Shown in pieces: positions 52,427-64,000 of a DNA stretch of 64,000 bases. Both the position numbers and the translations under genes were made by a program. Numbering within the stretch: position 1 is the stretch's first letter; the number at the start of each line of letters is the position of its first letter. The notes under the pieces were generated by a model. That model did no database searches. It was given only the letters and a program-made list of their open reading frames with translations, and was not told where the DNA came from. This DNA is from Octopus vulgaris (taxonomy: Eukaryota). The DNA lies in the NCBI GenBank assembly GCA_951406725.2, contig OX597818.1:128526001-128590000 (forward strand). The letters are read 5' to 3'.

Positions 52427-53455
52427 TAGATATATAGTTTCGCCATGGACGGCTTATCAAATAATCTGACAAAGTTAAGTCATCCCCCACCCCAAAAAAT
52501 CATGTACACATTCAAATGGTCTGTGACAAACGAAAAATGTCATCGTTGATGTATGCGTTTTGATGTTATGACACAACGGTAATTGCAGTATATTTAGAAA
52601 GAAAACCCTTCACAACTTCCGAATATACGGTCATAAAGAAGTAAATATTATTCCATAGTTATTACCTATCACATGTTAACGATAAACGGATTTGATATCG
52701 TGACCTTTTGCGATCACAGATAATTATACATAATTCTCTAAACTATACACCTAATGACTTCTGTGGAAACAGGAAAATAGGTTTGCGAGGTTCATTCGTC
52801 TCCTAAAAATATTGGCAGGTTAATTGTTCGGAAATAAGCTGCAATCGGGAATCGAAACCGGACGCCAGAATATTACTTCCTGCTTCATAATATGCACAAA
52901 TAATCATAGATAAACTGTCGCCTACGTTTAAACTCATAAATCAATGATGCATAAGCCGCGCACAGTCACATACAGTTCGATGTGCACACAAACCGAAATC
53001 AATATGCACCCTAACAGATCAATACGCAGACACATAGACGAATTGACATAAACGCATTCACTGATACACGTAGACGCACGCATACATAAACCAAGAGACG
53101 TCGTTGTATGTATGTGTGTGTATACGTTTGTGCGTGTATGCGTGTGTGTGTATGCATGTGTGTGTATGCATGTATGCGTGTGTGTGTATGCATGTATGCG
53201 TGTGTGTGTATACGTTTGTGCGTGTATGTGTGTATATGTATGTGTGTGTGTACCACCTAGCACATACTCACACACATATCTTCAACGTTCCTAGCGTGTA
53301 AGCTACAAACTAAGGGCAGGGAACCGATTATAGCTTCCAAGAAACGGAAAGCGGCAAAAAAGAAAAAGTGACAAAAAGCACAACGCAAATAAAGAATGTG
53401 AGAGATGCAGGAGAGAATTATATATATATATATATTTGCATTTCATATATACATG

Positions 53456-53486
<31 letters not shown>

Positions 53487-53538
53487 TTTAAATATAAATA
53501 TATGCATTTATATTGCATACAAATATGCATTTATATAT

Positions 53539-53585
<47 letters not shown>

Positions 53586-53616
53586 TTGCATTTCATATAT
53601 ATATGTATATATATAC

Positions 53617-53665
<49 letters not shown>

Positions 53666-53752
53666 TTGCATTTCATATATACGTATATATATATACACAT
53701 ATTTTAAATATAAATATATGCATTTATATTGCATACAAATATGCATTTATAT

Positions 53753-53787
<35 letters not shown>

Positions 53788-53989
53788 TATATATAGGAAG
53801 TGAGAGAGAGAAAAAGATAGAGAAGGGTAGCTAAAGAAAAAATACCAAAAATATTCATTGAAAGATTGAGAGAGAAGCAGAAAGAAAGTTTGTGAGAGAA
53901 AAAGATAGATAATGACTAGAAAGAGAGAGTGTAAGATAGATACACACAAAGAAAAGACAAAGAGTGAGAGAGAGAGAGAGGGGAGGGGG

Positions 53990-54800
53990 AGAGATCGCGC
54001 GCACGCGCAAGAAGACTGGAGGTTTTTGTCGCCATTTTTTTTTTATCGCTCTTTATTATTTTGTTTGGTTTATACCAAGTTATTCTTATTCCTTTCACTT
54101 ACTCAACCTCTCCTTTTTTTCTCTCACTGTTATTTTCAAAGAATTTTTATTAATTTTTTTTTGGAGTGTGGGGGGAGCGCGCAAGACAATTTGTCATCTC
54201 GGTTTCATTTTATTATATATATATATTAATTAATAAGTATTAATTATTGTCAAAAACTTGTAGTTTTGTAGAGAGGGAAAAAAATAAAAATAAAAATAAA
54301 AAACTATAAGTTTTTAATTATCAATTTCACTTGTTTTATTTTTAAAATGAAACTTTTTCCATTTTAAATTTTAATATTAATTTTTTTTTTGCAAGCTAAG
54401 GGAATGCCTGGCCGTCTTTCGCCGCCTTTTAGTGGAAATTGATCTCACGCACTCATGCTCTATAAGAAAGAGAGAGAGAGAGATACATATAGAGTCTATA
54501 TGTATCTCTCTCTCTCTCTCTCTTTCTTACTTTCTCACTTTCTTTTCTTTTCCGCTCCCTTCGCGTTTTCTCTCTTTCTTTTTTCCTCTCCGTTTCTCTT
54601 TCTCTCCCCCCTGTCCTTGCTTTACTATATCCTCCTTTCACTAATTACCCTCTATCACTCACTATGTTTCTCCCTCCTCCTCCTCCCCCTCCTCATTACT
54701 ACCACCGCTACCACCATCTCTTGGTGTCTGTCTTCGTTTTTGCGATAGAGTCCCGACTATCGTGATAACAAAAACCGAGCTTTCAAAACCACGTCACTCA
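53990..54800. promoter_or_regulatory. Candidate promoter region
   Basis: CpG-retaining and TE-free; gcgcgcacgcgc (NRF1-like) at about 53997; cgccatttt (YY1-like) at about 54030; GA/CT tracts. Confidence 0.45.
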
Positions 54801-55378
54801 GCACATTTGTTTGTATGTGGGCTTCTTTAATATTTATTTATTTTTTTTAATTAATTAATCTCCATTAAAAAAAAAACAACAACAAAAAAACAAACAATTA
54901 CACTTCTGCAAATTCATAAATGTAAAATATCATATTGATAATTCTATTTTTTCATTTGAGTTATTCTTCGATTTCTTCCTTGTTATTTTTTAAATTTCCC
55001 TATGACTACGTGTACATATATTCTATTTAAATACAATTATATTATTTATATATATTTTTCCATATATTATTTATCTGACGAGAAGTCAACAAAACGAGAC
55101 AGCTTTCTCCTCCCTCTCTCTCTCTCACTCCTCCCTCCCCCTCTCTCACTCCCTCCCTCTCTCTCTCCATTGTATATATCGTTTTATTTAACTCACTTCT
55201 CTTACTCTTTCTTTTACAGTCTCACACAACCAGAATACCAGAACTCAAAACAGCTCACAACACAATATACAACTGTACGGACACTATTCGCTCTGAAAAA
55301 TCACTTAACTACACTACCTCCCCCGCAATATAAACACTGGATTTAGAAACACATAGATAAGTATATATATATATACAA

Positions 55379-55452
<74 letters not shown>

Positions 55453-55779
55453 TAATTAAGGGTAGAAATTGATATTAGTCAATTAAAACCAGTGGTCTAG
55501 CATATATATATATATATATATATATAATTAGACCTTGCGGCAGGGATGAGAAAAAAAGTTTGAAGAAACCAGTAAAAAGAGAAAAAAAAGGCTATTGTAG
55601 GACAGAAAGCAGGAAGGATTACACTTATTTACATCACAAACTACTTCATGAAGTGTTTTATATAGCAAGACTCATGTGCAGCTCTATGGATATCTCAGAT
55701 CTTTAAAGATTACACATATATACATATATATATATATATGTGTATGTATATATATATATATGTATGTATATTAAGTTAT

Positions 55780-55983
55780 AAAACTGAACGATCGTCTGTT
55801 AGAGATACCCGGGTAAATATTGAAGACATGTGTACTACGGATACCATCGATACAACCATCCCTGGCTGCAGCGGCGACATAAACACATCTTCTACCACCA
55901 CCACCAGCAATTATTGTTATTCATCACCACCATTCCAGTTTTCATATTCCACATTCAAACTTTGACACGATTGCTTTCAGCAG
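55780..55983 (+). other. Candidate 5' exon of a plus-strand transcript (start uncertain)
   Basis: Complex CpG-containing sequence ending in the donor cag|gtaaat, followed by T-rich sequence. Confidence 0.35.
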
Positions 55984-56595
55984 GTAAATATATATATATA
56001 TATATATATATACGTAATATTATTTATTTATATATGTTATGTGGTTATGATGTGTCTTCTGTGTGATTTGTGATTCTTTATAATTGCAATTTGCTAATGT
56101 TTTTGTTTTTTTTTAGTTTTAATTACGTTTTGTGTAAGATGTAAGAAATAAATCTTCCGGTGGGGTTGTTGCTAAAATCGGTAATCACACCAGAAGCGGA
56201 GTACAACATTTCAAATATCTGAACCCCCGTCCCAAAATTTGTACCCTTGTGCCATGATATATATATATATATATATATATATGTGCTATGGTATATATGT
56301 GCCATGATATATATATATATAGGCGATGTTTCGCTTGTCGTAGCACAGGTTTCCGTATATTTATATATATATGTATATATTGTTGCCAGACGAAGTACAA
56401 CCTAGCTACAAAAAAACCCCTTGAGTACCAACCAAGTGAAATAAGCTTCGTATAAACATGCCGTACACCATGTATTGAGTACTCTCTCTCATTTGTATGT
56501 GTTTGTGTACATACATGTATATACATGCTTTTGTGTGTGTATATGCGTTTGTATGTGTATATATGCGTTTGTATGTATATATATATATATATATA

Positions 56596-57163
56596 CATGT
56601 GTGTGTATATAAGCATATATTGTGTATATTATCTGTTACATATACATGTGTGTGTATATAAGCATATATTGTGTATATTATCTGTTACATATACATGTGT
56701 GTGTATATAAGCATATATTGTGTATATTATCTGTTACATACACATGTGTGTGTATATAAGCATATATTGTGTATATTATCTGTTACATACACATGTGTGT
56801 GTATATAAGCATATATTGTGTATACTATCTCTTACATACACGTGTGTGTATATAAGCATATATTGTGTATATTATCTGTTACATATACATGTGTGTGTAT
56901 ATAAGCATATATTGTGTATATTATCTGTTACATAGACATGTGTGTGTATATAAGCATATATTGTGTGTGTATATAAGCATATATTGTGTATATTATCTGT
57001 TACATACACATGTGTGTGTATATAAGCATATATTGTGTATATTATCTGTTACGTACACATGTGTGTGTATATAAGCATATATTGTGTATACTATCTCTTA
57101 CATACACGTGTGTGTATATAAGCATATATTGTGTATATTATCTGTTACATATACATGTGTGTG
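56596..57163. repeat. 49-bp minisatellite, about 11-12 copies
   Basis: Unit catgtgtgtgtatataagcatatattgtgtatattatctgttacatata. Confidence 0.95.
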
Positions 57164-60122
57164 TATGTATATATATATATATATATATATGCGTGTGTAT
57201 ATTTATACACGTGTGTACATTGTATGTCTATTTCAACTTTAGGTTGTATATTTTGAACATTGTCTTTCACTTGGATTGACTTTTGTGCATCGCTCTAGAT
57301 GTTCATTTTTTGTCTTCTTCGCTAATCTATTTAAATGTTTTGAATTTATTTTGCTCTCATAGCAAATGAAGAGAGATCTGTATCATCAGTATCAATATAT
57401 TTTCTTTCTTTATACGACGAATCGCTCTATTCTCACATTTATATATATATATATATATATACCTATATATATATGATTACATATGTATACGTCCTTCTGT
57501 GTTATTGTAACTACTACTAGCATTTAATTCGTTTCATCAGGCATGTGTGATTTTTACGAATGAAGTCTTATGATTAAGTCGAAGAAAAATATTGTCACTC
57601 GACCATGTGTTGTTGATGATGGGTTTTTTTCTACACACCTCTTTAGCGGTGTTTGTTGTTGGGGAAGAATGAGGAATCGCTTGTTTTGTAATTGAGGGTA
57701 AAAAGGGCGGACCATTTTGAGGTGAAGGCTGGTTTGGAAAAGACAGAAATATTTCGAGTCATTTCGCTCTTTATTATTAATTCAGTGAAATCTGGGAAAA
57801 GCACTGCTAGCTAACCATTGTGCTTTGAAACGAGAACTGTTACATGGTCGCATGATGATACTTTTTCAAAGTGGCTTCAACCGAGAGGCGTTTTACCCCC
57901 ACGTCAGAAATATGTCATATTTGCTAGGTCCTTTCGTCGAGGCCCTCTTCGCCTTTCATCCATTCGGGGTTGATAAAATCAGTCAAGCACTGGGGTTGAT
58001 AAAAAAAAAGGTGTCAATCAAGCACTGGGTTTGATGAACTCGACTAGCCCCCACCTTCTCCAAAATTCCAGGCTGTCTGCCAATAGAAAGAATATTTGTT
58101 TGGTCCTCTTAATTTCAGTTTGCCAATGGAGTTAAGTGGTTTTCGTCCTCTATTAGAGTGCGTAAGTCTGCAAAATATATATCTAACGACACTCTTAGAA
58201 ATAGCTATATCTCTCTCAAACTGCTCTTTCTGTGTAAGACAAATAAAAAAAAAAAAAAAAGAGAAAAATTCTTTGGATAAGTTGCTCGAAAATAATTGTG
58301 ATTATTAGAATTATGGCTGCTTGATCAGGTTGGACATGGGACGAAACAAAATTGTTTAGTCGCATGTCCATCCTAATTTATTAAACTTAGTTCTTGTATA
58401 TATCGAAAGAATGCCATTCTTTTTTGTAACTAGTCCGTAGAAAAAATATAATCTACACAAATATAAACAATGTCACACTGGTAATGTCTGATGGTGAGTT
58501 CAGCCTTAATTCAACCATGACTAGTACTTGCTTATTCTTACTATCCCTAAACTGTGCGAGTTCGCATGAAGAATGGTTATAAACATCGATTCTTACTTAG
58601 TCGCATGTAAAGCAGAATTCATTTCTAAATGCATGGCCTTCTCCAAGAGTCTCTTCAGACGCATCACACATTATACACGTTTGTGTGGGGGACATGTGTT
58701 CGCGCGCGCACGTTTCTATAGTAAATCTGCTGGTACTGTGTCATAGAATACCAAAATTTCCTCTGTAAAGACGCCTTACCAACTTAGTAGTAGATTCGTC
58801 CCTTGTTTTGTGTACGAGTTGTTGGTGATTAGCCCCAAGTCAACCATCATTGAGCAGACAAATCTACGATCAAAAGCATTCCAGCAGAACCTAACTCGTT
58901 TTCTTCTCATTAATGTATCAATCACTACATTTTCTAATGCATTCTTACTTTTTAAAGACTTTAGGTAAAGATTTTTGGCGGCGCCAAATCGATATTACCC
59001 CACATTTCACTTTAGCTATTATCCTAAAATTGCAGGGAAGTCAAGCGACCACGTAGTGTCTTCCTTGTTTGTGTATATATATGTAAGGTTTAGTGCACGG
59101 GCAGCCCTAATCGAGCAGATCTGTGATTAAAAAGCATTCTAGCTCTGACCATCCTGTTTTTTTTTTTTTTTAAGTTTAGTGTGTCCAGTACTACATTATC
59201 CAAAATAGAAACGACTCTTAGTTTTCCTGAAAATAGGATATGATATTATAAAGAAGTATATTTTAGCAGGTCGAGCGACCGCGTTGATGTTGTCTTGATG
59301 GGTGGTGTTGCTTGAGCCAGACCGCCTTTTATGTAATTATAAATTTAGGACTGCATTAGCCAGTGTCCCTTCCCTTGTGAGATGAAATGTCTTGCGTATC
59401 AATCACTGTCGTATGAAATGTTTTCCTTTCAATGTCTGTTAAACAGTCGAATACCATCCTATGGCATCTCCAGTATTCAGTTAATTTAAAACCCATTTTA
59501 GTGTCTAGTTTTTTGGGGTTTTTTTTATCTGATTTCCTCAACTTTGTTGCCATTCTTCTACCTATGTCTTTTGCTCAATTAATTGGTTGTACACGTATTC
59601 AGTAGATGTTATTTGTATATACACACACGTATGTTTACGCATGTGTCTGTACTCACTCACATATTCAGTGAGGTTCGGTAGTTTTAGAGTTTAACGCTCA
59701 GATATTTATTCTCAATGATTCTGCAAGAGAAAGTAAGGAAGTTGACCATTTACAGAATGAGAACTTAAGAGATATTAGAGTAAAGCATATGCTATCCACA
59801 TAATAACAAATCGGAAGGTAATGTTTTATTATGATTGTAATGTAAATGGGCGTAAAACCTAGTTAAGTAATTTCGGTTTTGATTTCTAGCTTCTATCGCG
59901 TTCATCTGCGTGCCTAGACATTGTACTTTGTTTCAAAATCCCCTTGGTTATTATCACACATATTGACAGATTTCTTCGTGCATTCACGAGCGTAACATTT
60001 TTCACGTGGCTCTTGTATAATAATGTATGTATATATATTTTTGAAATGAGTACATCGTTCATTGTTATAACCATACTGTTGCAATGTATTTTGCAGTTGT
60101 GTGTAACCTTCTCTCTCTCTCT

Positions 60123-60171
<49 letters not shown>

Positions 60172-60172
<1 letters not shown>

Positions 60173-60343
60173 AGAAATAGCAGTCAAAGAGTTTTGGCTA
60201 TTCTTTCTACTTAAAAGGGGAGATCCCAGTAAAAACCACAGCACTGTGGTTTGGTTTACTTGGTTTTTACAGTGCTGTGGTTTTACTGGGATCTCCCCTT
60301 TTAAGTAGAAAGAATAGCCAAAACTCTTTGACTGCTATTTCTA
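60172..60343. repeat. Near-perfect inverted repeat, arms about 75 bp, 21-nt loop, within a TA-flanked element (60172-60497)
   Basis: 60172-60247 versus 60269-60343, differing by about one indel. Confidence 0.95.
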
Positions 60344-60494
60344 AATTCGGTGTGTGGTGAGGCAAATCGTTGCTAAACCCTTAATTACTTAGTATTACTT
60401 AAACCTTCCTTGAATGGGGGCTTTTACATGCCGAAATCTACTTGGTGGAATTAATGATTATTCCAAATTAATTAATTTCACCCTATATTATTAT

Positions 60495-60555
<61 letters not shown>

Positions 60556-62359
60556 AGAGCTGTTTATGTCTATAAAATAACTCCTTTCGTTCTTCTCTCC
60601 GGCTGCCTTGCCGTCTGTGCGTGTGCGGTCGTGTTTTTTGTGTATATGTAGGCGAAATACAAATAGTTGTGCTTATGTATGTATGTACATGTCTATTATG
60701 TATCCAAACATGTCTATTTGCGTCGGTTACAGATATAAATATTTGTGTGTGTGTGTGTGTATATATTTTTTATTGCCGTGTCGATGAAGATGGTTGTTAC
60801 TGGATGTAAAAATAATTCTCTTTTCTTTCTTTTTTTTTTTATCTCGACGAGGTTTTTTTTTAAAACTAGATTGCACGTGTGTACATCCGTATGTAATGCA
60901 TTCTTATGGATGGATGGGTGTGCTAGTAAATATTGGCCTTGTGTGTGTAGTGTGAGCATTTAGGGAGTGTGTGCATTTGTATAAATAGTGCTCAAATCAT
61001 AAAGACCGATCGTCAACAATATTGTTGGAATTTAAATGCTGGAAATATACTGAAAATATAAACTACAAAATAGCAACATTACGGTTTATTCTCGGCTCGT
61101 TTTGGCTTTTTATGTTTACATAACGAATGTTATAATGTTATTAAGAGAATGCTTCTAGATACCCCTATGAATCTCAGTGTCCACATTAAATCTATTTTAA
61201 ACATTCTTTCTCATTATAAAGTTTTATTTCCAAGGATTTGTAATCATGTTTTCCCTTTATATTTTCTAATGGTCACTGACGATTCAGAGATCGACCTTTA
61301 TTTACACGAGTGGATTCTCCGAAATTCTCGAGGGGCCTAAAGAGGACTTGAATGTACATACAGTATGTAGAAAAATGCCGAAACATTAATTATATAGTGT
61401 TCCAGCTGTTTGGACCAATAAGCAGTACATATAAATACACCTATTCGGTGTTGGCAAGACAGGTCTACAGATTGTTGTGACATGCTCCAAACACTGCTCT
61501 GTACTATACGAATAGTGGCTGGATATGATTTGACTGTGCTGGTGTGGGTGACACCAAAAGAAAACTGCACTAGCTATAATGTTGATGTCTGTCGCGGCTT
61601 AAATTCACACAATTGCATGGAAGGATCATTGTACATTTTATTTAATCGATCATAGTACATGATTAGCTAGTACACTTACTCTATCGGTCCCAGAAGGAGG
61701 AAGCGCAGTCAGTCACAGCAAAATTTGGATTCAAAACGCAAAGCATTTAGTCCGGCTTTCCACCCATTGGGCCATTTACACTAATTTTTTATATAAGTAA
61801 ATCATTTCAATTATAGAATGTAGATAATGATGTGAAGTGATGTGTTTCTTCTAATGAAGAATCGAAACTAAGTTTCACTATCACTATCATACAGCACTTG
61901 TCATGAACTCAATAAACGATAATTGCCATCATTAATTTGGAAACTTCGGTATTTGGGGAAAGTAGCTTGGATGGTTATTTGTAATATCCATAAACTTGTT
62001 GATTTTGTGTTACAAACGAATGATATGATGTAGAGCTACAATAGTGTAACCGAACTATCGAGGAAAATGTAGGACTAAAAGTATTTGGTGAGATCGTAAT
62101 TGACCTGTGTTTCCGACTTATCGATAAACTGACGTATTGTTTGTAAATCGATGTTCGTTCTCCGCAGTAATTGCTCTCTCCCTCTCTCTCTCTCCCCACT
62201 CTCCTTCCCATCACTTTTCATTCTATCTAGACTTTATTTTAAATCACAATGGGCCTTTTCTTTGAGTATGTTTCAGGACATTAGTTCGCCATTCTATCAT
62301 GAAATATCATTCAAATGTAATTTCTCTTGGCTAGATAGGCACAAAAGAATTTTGATTAT

Positions 62360-62735
62360 ACTCTTTTACTTGCTTCAGTCATTTGACTGCGGCCATGCTG
62401 GAGCACCGCCTTCAGTCGAGCAAATCGACCCCGGGACTTATTCTTTGTAAGCCCAGTACTTATTCTATCGGTCTCTTTTGCCGAACCGCTAAGTGACGGG
62501 GACGTAAACACACCAGCATCGGTTGTCAAGCAATGTTAGGGGGACAAACACAGACACACAAACATATACACACACACTTATATATATATACATATATACG
62601 ACAGGCTTCTTTCAGTTTCCGTCTACCAAATCCACTCACAAGGCATTGGTCGGCCCGGGGCTATAGCAGAAGACACTTGCCCAAGATGCCACGCAGTGGG
62701 ACTGAACCCGGAACCATGTGGTTGGTTAGCAAGCT
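62360..62735 (-). mobile_element. SINE family A, young, head slightly truncated
   Basis: Near-identical to 38358-38763. Confidence 0.93.
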
Positions 62736-62778
62736 TCTTCTTTTTTTTTTTTTTATTTTTAATTATTCAGGAGTTATA

Positions 62779-63002
62779 CGAGGGGTTGCTAAAAAGTTCT
62801 TGGCTTTAAGGGTTTTGCGAAAGGCCTAGTTGGAGGCCCAACCTTCCGAGTTCTTTTACAGGACTTAGAAAAACTGAAGGACCACTGCAATAAGTGTGCG
62901 GATCTGAAAGAGGAATATGTCGAATAAAATCATAATTAACTGATCCTCCTGTATTTTCTTTTATCTAAAACCAAGAACTTATCAGCACCTACACCCTCCT
63001 TG
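62779..63002. mobile_element. mariner-type MITE with TA TSD
   Basis: ta|cgaggggttgctaaaagttcttgg ... ccaagaacttatcagcacc...ctccttg|ta. Confidence 0.7.
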
Positions 63003-63049
63003 TATAGTCAGTTAAACGATCTCAGTATATTGTTCAATCAACACCACCA

Positions 63050-63535
63050 CCTGGGGAAAGACCCCCCCCATTTTCCCACAAATTATTATTGTTATTATTT
63101 TGCCCAAACCCCTCGCTATCTCCCCCCCCCCCCCGATTTCTTCATTTTTCACTTGTTTTTCTTTAACCTTAACTGTAACCCCCAACGCTAATCCTAACCC
63201 TAAAGTCTTAACCCTAAAACCTCAACTCTAACCACTTTCAGAATCATAATCTCCATATTTTTCTGCATATTTAGAAAAAAAGAAAAAATTTCACAAAAAT
63301 TTTGGGAAATTTTTTTCAGAATCATAATCTCTGTATTTTTCCGCATATTTTGAAAAAGAGAATTTCTGAAAAAAGTTGGAAATGAAGAAATTAGGTGTGT
63401 GTGTCTGGGGAGGGGGTGAGTAACTTCAAAATGCTGATTTTTGGCAATTTTTTTGCAGATTCGTATTCTTCATAGCTGTAGGAAAAAAAGGGGTGTTTTG
63501 GGGGGGAGTACAAAAGGAAGTCTTTTCCCACCTGT
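63050..63535. mobile_element. Putative non-autonomous DNA element with internal degenerate CCCTAA repeats
   Basis: Partial inverted ends gggaaagac/gtcttttccc; internal duplication tttcagaatcataatctc. Confidence 0.4.
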
Positions 63536-63643
63536 ATCATTTCGGAGACCACTCTGTTGGGATCAGTTTGTCCAGGTTTCTGGGCTGAATATAAGTTCCC
63601 ACTTTCTTCCACCAATCGCAGAGACCTTGAAGTGGGTAACAGG

Positions 63644-63755
63644 CAGGGGTGGACTGAGGGTATTGAGAGCCCTCAGGCATAACTGTTTACCGAGCCCCTT
63701 GGAGCTCCGAGATCTTGGGCAGTGCCCAATTGACCAAAAGTTCAGTCCGCTCCTG
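63644..63755. mobile_element. 112-bp hAT-type MITE with 8-bp TSD (gtaacagg)
   Basis: TIRs caggggtggactga / tcagtccgctcctg; identical 8-mers at 63636-63643 and 63756-63763. Confidence 0.9.
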
Positions 63756-64000
63756 GTAACAGGTGTGACCCCACCTTCACTAATATCGTAAAGAGTTTAG
63801 TATGAGGCTCTACATTCTATCAACCACTTTCATTACCCCACATCTACCAGTAATAATAAATTTTGTTTTTGTTATCTCTTTTAGTAAGGAAATGATGATG
63901 TACTTATCATAATTGACTTAAGTGTACTTTGCTCACACTACGTGGCTGTTTCTTATCTTGTCAGCCTCTGACAAGATTTGAACTGGTAGTTAGGAGTCGC

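Noticed and set aside
56596-57163. CRISPR-like array (also 32781-33072, 36247-36758 and 120-270)
   Set aside because: Contiguous tandem units without unique spacers; no cas genes; eukaryotic context
60350-60380. Hammerhead-like gtggtga-g-gcaa-atcg-ttgc-taaac
   Set aside because: Several core mismatches in an otherwise young element and no stem I
63165-63232. Telomeric repeat
   Set aside because: Only a few degenerate CCCTAA units inside a putative transposon

Overview
Eukaryotic, AT-rich and very repeat-dense DNA. The SINE/LINE families and microsatellite load look like an octopus (coleoid cephalopod) genome; this is inferred from memory, not from a search. No prokaryotic genes or CRISPR arrays are present, and most ORFs in the supplied track are microsatellite artefacts. 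Retroelements: a young 5'-truncated RTE LINE with an uninterrupted RT plus PHD-finger frame (31308-33402), many RTE 3'-end copies, R4/Dong-like elements flanked by (TAA)n, CR1 3' ends and at least three tRNA-derived SINE families. DNA transposons: Tc1/mariner fossils, piggyBac- and hAT-type MITEs and a complete non-autonomous Helitron. A repeat-poor, CpG-retaining block at about 52.4-62 kb looks like a promoter region. Two candidate minus-strand exons (45012-45156 and 21349-21432) splice in frame into a signal-peptide-like N-terminus, so much of the window may be intron. The most unusual signal is a set of at least seven fold-back (inverted-dimer) elements, most lying in or next to TA/TAA microsatellites, several with hammerhead-ribozyme-like cores. 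One of them (37182-37950) joins a tRNA-like Pol III head to a hammerhead tail in a head-to-head dimer, a candidate Penelope-mobilised SINE or retrozyme system.
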